Shown: positions 12,092 to 23,416, numbered from the whole stretch's first letter. The stretch is 63,659 nt of DNA, filler included, from Rhabdomonas costata (GCA_019059605.1; 46 parts of 46 records of this genome joined end to end with filler, not necessarily neighbours in it); one strand, 5' to 3'. Made by a program: numbers and translations. The notes: generated by a model from the letters alone, not told the origin.

Positions 12092-13871
12092 GTACTTGCA
12101 TGAGCCCCTTCCCGCCTACACACACACTCTCACTCACTCACTCGCTCACGTTTTGCATTGCTAGTTTCTTTGATGGAGTTACTTGACCGACGCTACATGC
12201 TTCAAACAGCTTTTTCGTTTCGTTTGGGAAATAGAAGCGTTATACGTAATTTGAACTTTACTTTTTTCCATTTGGAGAGAGCGCTGGCACACCGAACCTC
12301 TCGTGGGAAAATTATTAGGAATTGCCGCCACGGTGTGCATAACCCCTTGTGCCTTAAATTGCAGATCACCAAAACCAAAANNNNNNNNNNNNNNNNNNNN
12401 NNNNNNNNNNNNNNNNNNNNNNNNTTAATTAATTAANNNNNNNNNNNNNNNNNNNNNNNNNNNNNNNNNNNNNNNNNNNNGTTGGGTTTTCGTCGTCAGT
12501 CAATTAACTTATGTTGAGACGTACTCCTCATGCACTGTGCAGTTAATTTCTATTCCTTGTCACTGGTTCGAAAAGCACAGCTAGCAGAAATTTCATAAGC
12601 AAAAAAATGGCCCTGATAAAAACTTCACGCTCTCGCATTGGTCGGTAGTTTCATAATCAATGATCACATATGACCAAAAACACAACAACGACGTCGAATA
12701 GCTGGAACAGTGCGGAGCAGTTGTTTTCATCAAACGCAGTTTCTTTCTGCGTGGCTTTCTACATCCCACGGAGGGAATGGGCCTTTACTTTTTTCTTCCA
12801 GGCGGTTAAGACATTCAACCGATGCGGATGGATTGTGTGCATGTCAGTGGGGAAGAAGGGGTAATCGAAGCTCAAATGTCGCCAAGAACACGACAAGGAT
12901 GTCAAAGATTGGATTAGTTTTTCTAAACAGCAGGCAGAGTGTCTTTCCGAGAGGCTATCTACCCCATAGAGAGGGGGATGGGTCTCTTTCTCCTTGCTGT
13001 TCATCATATAACAGATGCGGATGTAATGTGTGCATGTGGGTGGGCTGACGGGGTAGCCCGGGTCGCTGCGGAGGCGGCATGTGAGCACATGAACTTGGGT
13101 CAAGCAACTTCCTTTCACTCTGTTTCTCCGACCTTATTCTCGGCACTGGGAATGAAGAGCACTAACAGGGCATGGCAGAACACAACTCAGGGCAGGAAAA
13201 GGCACAAGGCAATGGTGCGAGTCGGTTGACAGGTGTGGGAGGGGGGGGGGTAGCCGTCGCTGTGAGCTGCTTGCAATGCATCACGGTCAGGGAGGGTCCT
13301 TTTCCTCTATTACTCCAACCACACTACAGGGTATATGAGGCCTCGTCCTTCTAACAAAACCTCAGGCATACCTCGCCTTCCGTTAGTATGCAGTAAGTAG
13401 CGGGAAGGCAATCCATTAAAACTCAGGTGGATAAGGGAGACAGCCAAGGAGTGGGCTAAGTGGCGGGAGGACAAAGTGCACATTAGAGGTCCTTCGGAAA
13501 CAGCCCTCTGCTCTATGTCCACTCACGTAACGGATAGGACGATTAATACACTGCGAGCAAGTTCCTGAATTGAGAAAAGAAGGCGCTTGGGGGATGGGGC
13601 TGACACAATTTCTGGGGAAAGGGACTGTGCTTCTACAATTCAAATAGTTCTAGCCCTTCCGCCGTGGCACACTCCTCCACCTCGGACCAACTCTCACTGT
13701 AAACTTTCCCTGACATACACATCCGACCCAACAGCCGGAACCTTTTTCAAAACAACCCCNNNNNNNNNNNNNNNNNNNNNNNNNNNNNNNNNNNNNNNNN
13801 NNNTTAATTAATTAANNNNNNNNNNNNNNNNNNNNNNNNNNNNNNNNNNNNNNNNNNNNGGGGGGTGGTGG

Positions 13872-14642
13872 GAGCGCAAGCGGCCCGCTGACGTCCTGCT
13901 GCGGAATTGGCCTCCCGGCACCGATGCTGCGGTTGATCTCACCGTTGTGCACGCGCTGAACCACTCTCAACCATGGGATGGTCGGCAGCCGGCAGTGGAG
14001 CGTGCAGAAGCCGATAAGGTGGCGGAGTCCACTGAGATTGTGCCGCCGCCAACCTCACCTACATCCATTTAGGAGTCCACACGTTCCGCAGGGCCGCACA
14101 GCTTTCACCAAGCTGTTAAGCCGGTATGCCAAGCGCCTCCCGGGCCAGCCGCAGGGTTTGGAGCGCTTCCCGGGCCAGCGGCAGGCGGAGTGCTGGCAGC
14201 GGGTATCGGTTGCCTTGCACAAAGGCATCGGAGCTCAGCTGAGCTTCGCCCTTCTGGGGAGACCCTTTGCGGAGCCGCGAGACTCTCAGAGCCCAGCTCC
14301 CCATGCCCTCAGGCAGCTCGCCGCTGATCGTTACAGCGGGATCTTAACGCGCCCTGGGCGGGGGGAGGAGTGAACTTTTCTTTGGAGAGTGGTGCTCCCT
14401 TCCGCCCCTCCTCCCCCTTTGTTCTTCGTTGTGGTTGCCCTCGCATGAACCCGGACAAAGAGACCGTCTTCGCACGGGTTTCCTCCCCTTTTCAAAAGTA
14501 GAAAGTAGCTTGGCAGGAGGCCCATGCTTTGCGGTCTGGTACCCTGCTCCCCGCACCCCCTTACTCTCCCTTTGTAAATAGTGGGCGTGCTCGGCTGGGG
14601 AGCTCTTGCCCCAAGCTCAGCACCGGCGAAAACAAAAGAAAA
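13872..14642 (+). mobile_element. 3' end of a CRE/SLACS-clade non-LTR retrotransposon (restriction-like endonuclease, frameshifted), with putative 3' UTR stem-loop and A-rich tail
   Basis: RPADVLLRNWPPGTDAAVDLTVVH...AEADK, then CAAANLTYIHLGVHTF, then WQRVSVALHKG across frameshifts; hairpin 14587-14623 followed by AAAACAAAAGAAAA. Confidence 0.75.
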
Positions 14643-15498
14643 CTAGAGCGACCCGGAGGGAGACGCCGTCCCAATGATGGGTACGCCATTTCGAAAGATA
14701 AAAGCTTTTTGTTCTTCGTTCTGTGTGTGGCAGTTCTGTTTCGTTCGTAATGTAATTTCAGTGCTGACCCCTGTTGCTGCAGAAGTGCTGTGGTTCTCTT
14801 CTCCAAAAAAAAAACACTGTATTAGTTTGAATCCTTGCGTTCGACAGAAAAAAACGACCCAAACTCGGCGCCCGCTCATTTTCCGGTTATTTATTGCCCG
14901 GCTCAGCAAGAGATTCTCGCCTGAGCTCAGCAATGGTGACTTGCGAAAACAAAAGATGATTTAAGCCATTTCGATTTGAAAAGTTCTGGAGTTCTTTTAA
15001 TCTGCAATTCATGGACCAAAAGAGTGAAACCAAACCAAACCAAACCTTGAAGAGTTTCGGTGAAATTGAGGGGGAATAATAAACGACTGCTTGCACGTGG
15101 AGAAATGCGTGCGACAAAATATTCCCCTGTCGATCTTTCTGCAACANNNNNNNNNNNNNNNNNNNNNNNNNNNNNNNNNNNNNNNNNNNNTTAATTAATT
15201 AANNNNNNNNNNNNNNNNNNNNNNNNNNNNNNNNNNNNNNNNNNNNGTTTGTTGGTGATGCAGGAAAATCCCAGGGACGTCTTCCACTCGATCCCGCAGC
15301 AATCCTGCACCGTACTTAAAAATGCTTTTTGATTTGGATGGGTATCACTGGTGGCGCCCCAATGTTATTGATAAGGACGACCCCCCCCCATACATACACA
15401 CAGACCCAGCGCTTGTCCCCCTGCAGATTGTAATGGTGTCCCTTGGCCATGTTCGGTAAGCTCCACAACTGCAAATTGTGTACGCTGCATCCAAATAG

Positions 15499-16505
15499 GT
15501 GGCCTCATTCGCGATGCTGGGCTTTGCTCTGCTCGCGATCGACCTGATCCGGAACGGCAGGGGTGCCATTTTCGATATCGGCGGGGGGCCGATGTTCCGG
15601 GAGTTCTCCAGCCTAGCCTACGAGCTGTGCGTGCTGGCCTCTGCCCTGCTGCAGATCGGGGGGTCGCCGGGGACCTGGGAGGTCATCGCCAACGCTGGGG
15701 TGATTATCCTGGGCTACGCCGACCTGCTGTACTTCTTCTTAGGTGCGCGTGTGCAGAGATGTATCCTCAGCGTCCCTCCTGTCAGTATTTATGGATATAT
15801 TTTTTTTGTATCTTTTGCTTTCAGTGCCTTTCAGCTTTAGTTGGGTGAGGTCATGTATACCAATTAACCGCGTTAAATGTTTAACACACACACCCCCAAA
15901 AAATACAACAACAGAAGCCCCCATTTTCTCCAAGTTTTTTTTACAAGGTCTAAATAAGAAGCAAACAAAACGCAAGGGGGACGGGGGCAGCACCACCTCA
16001 GAAAGAGACCAAAGAATCTCAGGGATTCAAAAATCTGCACAGTGGAAAATTAGACCCATCCCCCTTTCGGAAAAACGACATCACCCAGTGGGTACAGCCA
16101 CACTTTACCCAACCCTAGTGCCCGGAAAAGAACGTACCCGACGTTTGCGTTCAACAGTGCGTTCAACACGTTTTAACGGCGATAACCGTTCAACGGCGCT
16201 AAAAGGTTGTACGGCCCCCCCTCCATGGCACGTCCCCGCCTCATCCGGCCGCTCCGGCCGCTCCGCGGATTAGCCTTCGCTCCTCTAATAACGTTGTCCC
16301 AAAAAGTTTAAACATTTAGCACCCACCCTCCTAGATACAATTGTCTCAGAAAATATAATATTCTGCTCGTTGCTTGATCACCTGAGAGCTTCGGGTCCAT
16401 TCGGGTGCATCGGGAATCCTGAATTTCTCTCTGTCCTTCAGGATGGGAGGTCATCGGGGCCTTTGCCATCATGGTGTGGACGATTCTCATCAAGGACGTG
16501 GCCCG
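15499..16505 (+). CDS. TRP (TRPV-like) cation channel, S3-S4 and S4-S5 linker region (exons 15499-15742 and 16442-16505)
   Basis: Spliced product IILGYADLLYFFL-G-WEVIGAFAIMVWTILIKDVAR resembles TRPV LGW.NMLYY.RG...G.Y.VMI.K.I..D..RF; phase-1 GT-AG intron. Confidence 0.7.
16110..16302 (+). repeat. Interspersed non-coding repeat, copy 1 (inside the TRP intron)
   Basis: Core ccatggcacgtccccgcctcatccggccgctccggccg...gttgtcccaa matches the reverse complement of 41641-41728. Confidence 0.75.
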
Positions 16506-16906
16506 GTATGTGCTTGATGAGAATCGTCCACAANNNNNNNNNNNNNNNNNNNNNNNNNNNNNNNNNNNNNNNNNNNNTTAATTAATTAANNNNNNNNNNN
16601 NNNNNNNNNNNNNNNNNNNNNNNNNNNNNNNNNGGGAACTGTCTAGAGTCTCTAAGAGCATATTATCGTTTCCAGGTTTTGCTGATGAGAATGGAGTTAT
16701 TTTGATTCTGTGAATCCTTCGCCTCCCATCTTCGCTTCGTTCAGTGTTCCCCTCTAGTGTTTTGGTTCGCATTGCAACCGGCGCAGCTTCCCTGTCGTCG
16801 ACTGACCGCTTGTTCCGCGTGCCTGCCTTTCGGTCCAGATTTGCCGCGGACATCTCAGTTAGGATGTTGAACCACCCACAAGTTACGGAAACGCGCCATA
16901 TTAAAG

Positions 16907-17653
16907 ACGCACACGGTGTGGTGCAGGAAGAGGAATTTGAGGAGGAATTGGAGGGGGAAGAAGGCGGGGCCAAGGCCCCCGGCAAGCGGCTGGTGCCGAT
17001 CTCTACCGCGGAGAGCTTTGAGACGATGCTCGCTGACAGCCTTCCCAAGAAGACCGTCGTCGTGGTGGCCTGGCTAATCCCGGGGCATGTGCACGTCATT
17101 CTCGCATTCGCTCATGTGTCTCAGGATAGAGAAGGGAAAGGGAGCACGCGCGGTAGAGGAGGGGGAGGTCTTCGGTACTGCTTGTAGTGGCAATGCTTGC
17201 GTTGCGTGATCCTTCTCTGTCCTTTCTGCGGTGAAAAGGACAGGGAACTACCCAGGAACTCCCAGAAAAAGAGCGTGCAATTATTCAACACTACTGCGCT
17301 TTCTGCGGGCTTTACTCATTTGCGTTGTGCCGTAGGAAGAGGTAATGAATGAAGAACGTGTCAGTGGCAGTGTGATGTCGTTGGGTTTTAACCGCATGGT
17401 TAGAGATTGGGAGTGGCAGGGGAAAGGAGAAAACAAGAGTCGACCGTTAGATGGTAGGATGCAACCATGGGATGGGATGAAATGGGATGCGAGAGTGTCT
17501 CTCGCGTTTTCCTGGGTGTCCTTGTGTTGCGGCAGCAACGAGCACAGCGACGCAGCGCTGCGGTTTGTGAAGGACTTCCTGCGGCAGGAGGCCTACCGCT
17601 CCGCGCTGGTGCTCACGGTGGACCCCTCTGCTCTTCCTGAGCTGGCGCAGAAG
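16907..17653 (+). CDS. Thioredoxin-fold protein lacking CxxC (exons ~16907-17084 and 17536-17653)
   Basis: ISTAESFETML...KKTVVVVAWLIPGNEHSDAALRFVKDF...LVLTVDPSALPELAQK follows the thioredoxin pattern; phase-2 GC-AG intron; exon start approximate. Confidence 0.6.
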
Positions 17654-18020
17654 GTGTTTTCACCCTCCCACCGGGATGCATGGAGACCCCATGATGACAC
17701 CCCCCTGGAGGGAGCGAAATCGACATGTCTTATGGAAAACCTGACCCCTGAACTGAAACCGGACCCCAAGGACTGGCCAGGACTGACGCAGCAAACAACC
17801 CAAGCCTGATTCGGTTTAGCCCTCTTAATTCTGATAATGAAAATATTAAGAAATAACGCCCTGGGGAGCCCTCCAGCCGCTTTCGGGGTAAGGAGGGTGT
17901 CACGCGAAACCCCAACCCCCNNNNNNNNNNNNNNNNNNNNNNNNNNNNNNNNNNNNNNNNNNNNTTAATTAATTAANNNNNNNNNNNNNNNNNNNNNNNN
18001 NNNNNNNNNNNNNNNNNNNN

Positions 18021-19307
18021 TTTGAGAAAGAGAAGGAGCGTGCAGCGGCTTATTCAAATCGTAAGAGAGCAGATTACAAGTTCTTTGTAGGGCAAGATGT
18101 GCTGATCAACAAGCGGAAGCACTACAAGGGTAAGTTCGGAGACCCAGAAGGTCCGTTAGCTCCGAAAGCTGTAGGGCCGTTTACTATCATCAAGAAGATC
18201 ACAGACACGACTTTCGTGCTGGACATTCCGAAGGAGTTGAGAGGAAGAGCACATCCAGTGTTTCATTCGAGTGATCTCATTCCTTACGAGACGAGGGTTT
18301 TGGATCCAGTAGGAATGCTACCGGAAAGCGATGAAGAAGGTAGTGGTGATGAACCTATGATGGAGGAGGAGACGACGGTCACGATAGCAGGGGAGGAGAA
18401 GTCGTGCCGAGAAGTTCATCACGCACAAGAAGTGATTCCAGAGGTTCAAGAGAGGTAGGAGTCGACAGGAGAGTATCGCAAAGAATAGCGAGCAGAGAAG
18501 CGGAAAGCGCTTCAGAAGAAGAGTCAAAGGATGTGGCGAGGAGTTCAGTCACAGAGTATGGAGACGATGTTCAGGCTTGGTCGGAGGAAGAAGGTACCGA
18601 AGGTGTTGGTCGTTGGGAAGGTGCTGATGAAGGTGCAGAGGTTGGAGAGTTAGACCCGGAGTGGAGAGAAGAGGATCGTAAAGCGTTGAAGGTGCCGGAC
18701 AGACCTCAGGAGATTGAGATGGAAGTTGAAGGTGACGAGATAGCAGAAGAATATTCGGACGAGGAGGTCGTAGAGGACGAGCCTCCGCAGCATCATGAGT
18801 ATCCGGAGCCAAGCTCGGATGAGGTCAGTAGCGGGATTACTCCCGAGCTGAGAAAGTTGCTTGAACGCATCAGGGAGCCGGGTCAGGACCCAGCCCTCAG
18901 TGGGCAGTATCAGGGAGTCCGCTCGGACGAGGAAGCAGTCGAGGTCTCGCCTGAAGCGAAAGCTTGGGGTGAGAGCATGGCAGCCAGGTGGAGAGCGCTT
19001 GGTGAGCGCAGACCGGAGCAGAGTCCTGCAAGGCAGGAGGGAGAGAGGATCAGTGGGTCCTCGGTGGCAGAAGGTGGTGGTGATGTGGGAAGTTCGAATA
19101 TGTCGATCGTACATGCAGAATGTGTGGATGATGGTTATGGTGAAGTGATGTTGCCTAGAGTTGAAGGATGGATTCCTCTCCCAAATTTCGGGATGGAGGA
19201 GGAGGTGAAGGTGGAACCAACCATCTTCATGACTATGTGTAGCAATTTGTTAGTCGTACCGTGTGTGGACTTGTTTGCGTCGAGAAGGTATCATCAGCTT
19301 CCAAGGT
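18021..19307 (+). mobile_element. Ty3/gypsy LTR retrotransposon pol 3' region: integrase GPF/SH3-like C-terminus, acidic linker, start of a Dam-like methyltransferase
   Basis: AAYSNRKRADYKFFVGQDVLI...LAPKAVGPFTIIKKITDTTFVLDIP...AHPVFHSSDLIPY; after a -1 frameshift near 18355 an acidic ORF ends in PTIFMTMCSNLLVVPCVDLFASRRYHQLPR. Confidence 0.85.
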
Positions 19308-19407
19308 NNNNNNNNNNNNNNNNNNNNNNNNNNNNNNNNNNNNNNNNNNNNTTAATTAATTAANNNNNNNNNNNNNNNNNNNNNNNNNNNNNNNNNNNNN
19401 NNNNNNN

Positions 19408-20116
19408 CCCGATCCTGCAGGCGGGTCAGGTGGTCGGGCAACACCACAAGGGGCAAAGGCTGGAAGGCCGAGCCCCACCGGAACTTGGGGGCGATCTTCC
19501 ATAGATCCGCCGACCCCACAGCGCCCCGAGAGACCTCCGAGTCGAGTGCGTCGTCTCCCACAATGTGGGAGGCCCCCAGCTCCTTGACCAGCGCAGTGCG
19601 GCCAGCCGCAGTAAGGCGGCGGCGATGGAGGTGGAGCAAGGTATCCGGGCCCAGGGCGAGGTTGATCTTGTACCCAGCGGCCTCCAACTCCGTCCGGAGG
19701 GCAGCCTTGCCCGCCACCTGAGCCCGTACACTGGAGGGGGACTGGCGAAAACGAGCGCCAGGGCCCCCACGAACCACCTGGGCGGAAGGCCCTTGAGGGG
19801 CCCCGTCCGAGAAGATAACCCGTCGTAGCGACGGGGAGGAAGAGAGGAGGACTGTGTATGACCGCGGCCACCCCGACCGCGTCCATTCCCGTGAAGGGCA
19901 TGTACTGCCCGATTCCGGACGCGACGAGACACCGCCCAACACCGTGGAGGAGGTGCACGCCAACAGCAGCAGAGGAAGCAGTAAGAGAGAAAATCCACCC
20001 AGGCACCCAAGCCACCGGGCTTCGTCCAAGCTGGCATGGACTGCGGGGGTTTGCCCACCCACGTCGTTTCGTGAGAAATGTTGGTATTTTTTTTTGCCGG
20101 AAACGCCTGGTGTCAT
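19408..20116 (-). CDS. Hypothetical protein with N-terminal hydrophobic segment (3' truncated)
   Basis: Open frame of more than 230 codons, GC3-rich in its distal half, FSLLLLPLLLLAC segment. Confidence 0.45.
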
Positions 20117-21574
20117 AATTTTGACTCGTTACAAAAGGGTAGGGCCATTCCTGGAAGCGGACGCAGTTCAGTTGTGCTGAGCGTTTTTGTTCCCCGAATT
20201 TCTTGCTGTGCGTTGCTTGGCTTGGGGGGGGGGGCGTGTTGCATCTCTTCGTTGCTTTCCCCAGAGACGAGAAGGTCCTGAAGGACTTTGTGTTGAATGC
20301 CCTGGAGGACCCCAAGATGGTTGGGGCAACGTCTTTTTTGTTGCATTTTTTTTTGTTGTAGTGGCTTCTTTTTTTCCTTCTTCATTCTAGTGAGGGCGCG
20401 CAGTTGTCCAGATGGGAGGATGTGCATTTATGGTGTTGATGGCGTTTCTTCGTGAGCTGGGTTTGATTTGATTTGATTTGATTAGATCGGAGTCTCGGAG
20501 GAGACAAGGGGAGGAACCAGCGAAAGATGGTCTCTGAGCCCGCTCGCAATAAACTGCAGCAGCGGCTGAGCAGGGCCAGGGTGTGCTTGACCTGAAACCC
20601 ATTAATTCAAAAAAAACGTCTGGTTGGCGCGCTTCCCCCCACGCCATGCACGCAGCGGGGGTTTCGGACCACATAGATGTCAGACCCAACCCCNNNNNNN
20701 NNNNNNNNNNNNNNNNNNNNNNNNNNNNNNNNNNNNNTTAATTAATTAANNNNNNNNNNNNNNNNNNNNNNNNNNNNNNNNNNNNNNNNNNNNCCTGCAG
20801 TTTTGTGAAAGGTGTTCGTGGTTCTTTTTTTCCAGCGGTGTGTACCAAGCTTGTGGAGACGTTGAGCTTGACAACTCCCCCAACCAACATTCGACTGAGC
20901 CGTACGCTCCCCTTCCGCTTCGCTTTCTCCTTCCTGCAACACTTGCACATCGGCTTCTATGATAGTGTAGTCCGCGATTGTCTTTCCTGCCAAGCGTGCG
21001 TGGCCCTGGGCAGCCAGCCAGAAGTGTTGTCGTGGAATGCCGTGCCTCAATGGTGTTAAAGATGGCGTTAAAGATGCGGTTTTGGTTCTCGGCGCTGAGT
21101 GCCTGGTCAAAGCTGTCCGTGCGGAAATGGCGAAGGAAAGGTGGAGCACTGCGAGGGCATTGGAGCGGTGGGTGTTTGGCACTGCGCCATTGGCATTTGT
21201 GCAGAAACCTGAGGAGGCTGGCTGGCCATTTCTTCATTGATAGGGGGACTTTGGGTTCGGGCAGTAGGCGCGTGCTGAGTAGAGTGGAAAAGCTCGCTTG
21301 GTGGCCGGGACGTGATCCTTCTCTTCCCGCCAATTATGCTCCCGCATGACGCCCATCTGCCCACTCCTTTACTTTCTTTTGACATTTCATCCTGTGGGCT
21401 GGTGATTCAATGTACCGCTTCTCTTTCATTGTCCACCAGCTGCCTGGTCTATCCGTCTGGGCAGCGCTTCTGTCGCCGCTTACGAATGTGGCAGACGATG
21501 TGATTAATGATTTAACCTCAGCTGTGTCCCTAAAGTTCTATTGGTGAAGCTAATTTGTGATCCAACATCTGCAG

Positions 21575-21747
21575 ACTCGGTAACCAAGCTGCCCATCGGG
21601 TCCACGGCGCGCTACCTGAAAGAGATGATTGCGGGCTCCCCGCTGACGGAGCCGATGCTCTACGAGGTGCTGCCGATGCCTTTGACGGAGTACGAGACGA
21701 AGAGGCAGTTCACGGTTTGGCTGTACAACAACAAGGCTCAAGAGCTG
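21575..21747 (+). CDS. Exon of a USP7/UBP12-like deubiquitinase (C-terminal UBL region)
   Basis: MLYEVLPMPLTEYETKRQFTVWLYNNKAQEL resembles the USP7/UBP12 LYYEVLDIPL.E.E.K motif; cag|...|gtacgc boundaries. Confidence 0.65.
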
Positions 21748-21785
21748 GTACGCCAATGCCGGGGTGAATCAAAGGGGCAGGGAGA

Positions 21786-22080
21786 GAGATAGCAGAAGAA
21801 TATACGGACGAGGAGGTCGTAGAGGACGAGCCTCCGCAGCATCATGAGTATCCGGATCCAAGATCGGATGAGGTCAGTAGCGGGATTACCCCCGAGCTGA
21901 GAAAGTTGCTTGAACGCATCAGGGAGCCGGGTCAGGACCCAGCCATCAGTGGGCAGTATCAGGGAGTCCGCTCGGACGAGGAAGCAGTCGAGGTCTCGCC
22001 TGAAGCGAAAGCTTGGGGCGACAGCATGGCAGCCAGGTGGAGAGCGCTTGGTGAGCGCAGACCGGAGCAGAGTCCTGCAA
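21786..22080 (+). mobile_element. Second copy of the gypsy element's acidic linker
   Basis: 295 nt colinear with 18737-19031, about 7 substitutions and no indels. Confidence 0.92.
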
Positions 22081-22180
22081 NNNNNNNNNNNNNNNNNNNN
22101 NNNNNNNNNNNNNNNNNNNNNNNNTTAATTAATTAANNNNNNNNNNNNNNNNNNNNNNNNNNNNNNNNNNNNNNNNNNNN

Positions 22181-23416
22181 TGTGGTTGGGACACCTTCGC
22201 GAAAGCTCGTGCCCGTCTCAAGAGCTTTCGCGAAGGTGTCCGAACCGAACTGAAACCAAAGCAGCTCGAATTTCTCGTTTGCAGGGCCCTCCAACTGGAT
22301 AGGGTTGATCCGGACGAAGTCAACGCTCTGACCATTGAAGACAACGGTTGCATACGTCACCTCTGCGTCATCAGGACTTGGCTGGAAAAAGGAAGGGTCG
22401 CCGATGTGTGGGATGACGGCACTGCCGATGAGTTGGAAGAGCGGGGGGCTTCCCGTGTCGTTGAGCGGCACGGAGATGCACGACAAAGCATTGGACAAGG
22501 CCAGCTGGCTCCGAATGCACGAGCTGAGCTGCGCAACCGCAGGTGGGTACGACGTCGCCACAGGGGTAAGAGAGGCACTGAAAAGCACAAAGTACGTGTT
22601 GGGGGAGGTAATCAGCGAGGCCAGTTTCTGGCCCCAGTAAACCGTCGAGGCGAGGGACTGCGCCACGATGTGCACACCCCACAACTGCAGCCAGGTGCTT
22701 TGCTACACAAACCCCCACGGGTTGCCGTCGCTGGACGTCCACGGAAGAATGTCAAACCGCGAGGAAAACCCAATGCCCAGCGCCGCGGAGGAGAAGTAAT
22801 TGAAAGAGTACTGCGCCACCGAGTCGTCCAGCACAGGCACTAGGGTGTCTCCGGTACCCGACCCGCCAACGTTCGGCGCAGGCTCCAGGTTGATCTGATA
22901 GGCTGACGTAATCGCAGTCGAGGGATTCGTGTACGCGTGGATGGGCTGCAAGCCTCCGTTAAACAGCGGGTCCGCGTACGTCTGCAACGACTGAACTGAG
23001 CTCACCTCCATGGTGTCCGGAGGGTACAGAAAGTTCACCACAAACCCGTATTGCTCATCCGGGTAGGTCACTCGGTGCGCCCATTCCGCAAACAACGTGG
23101 AGTTCATAACGGCCAGCGCCCCGGCCGAGGTCCGGATCCTCGGATCCTTCGAGACTATTCCACACAACAGGCGCTGCGTTTCATTGATGGAAAGCTTCAT
23201 GCGGCCAACCTCACGACGGAGGAAGTCCTGCATCCGTCGGAGCTGCACGGCGGCGTTTGAGATGAACAAAAGCTTGTTCTGCTGCGCAAGAGAGGAGGTT
23301 AGATCCGCATTGTCCTGGCGGTAGACCTCAATCTTCCACGCAATCAGGCTGGAAGCACACAGCGCCACCACCGCGGAGATGCAGAAGATGGCTATCACAG
23401 AGACGGAGCAGGGCAT
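22181..23416 (-). pseudogene. Receptor-type (probable adenylate/guanylate cyclase) N-terminal TM and extracellular domain with one in-frame TAG at 22703-22705
   Basis: ATG at 23416, hydrophobic N-terminal helix; ORFs 22703-23416 and <22181-22684 lie in the same frame, separated only by the TAG; intronless, about 410 codons. Confidence 0.55.

Noticed and set aside
20794-21349. Possible retroelement C-terminal zinc knuckle (CLSCQAC)
   Set aside because: Fragmented across frames with no supporting RT or endonuclease motif.
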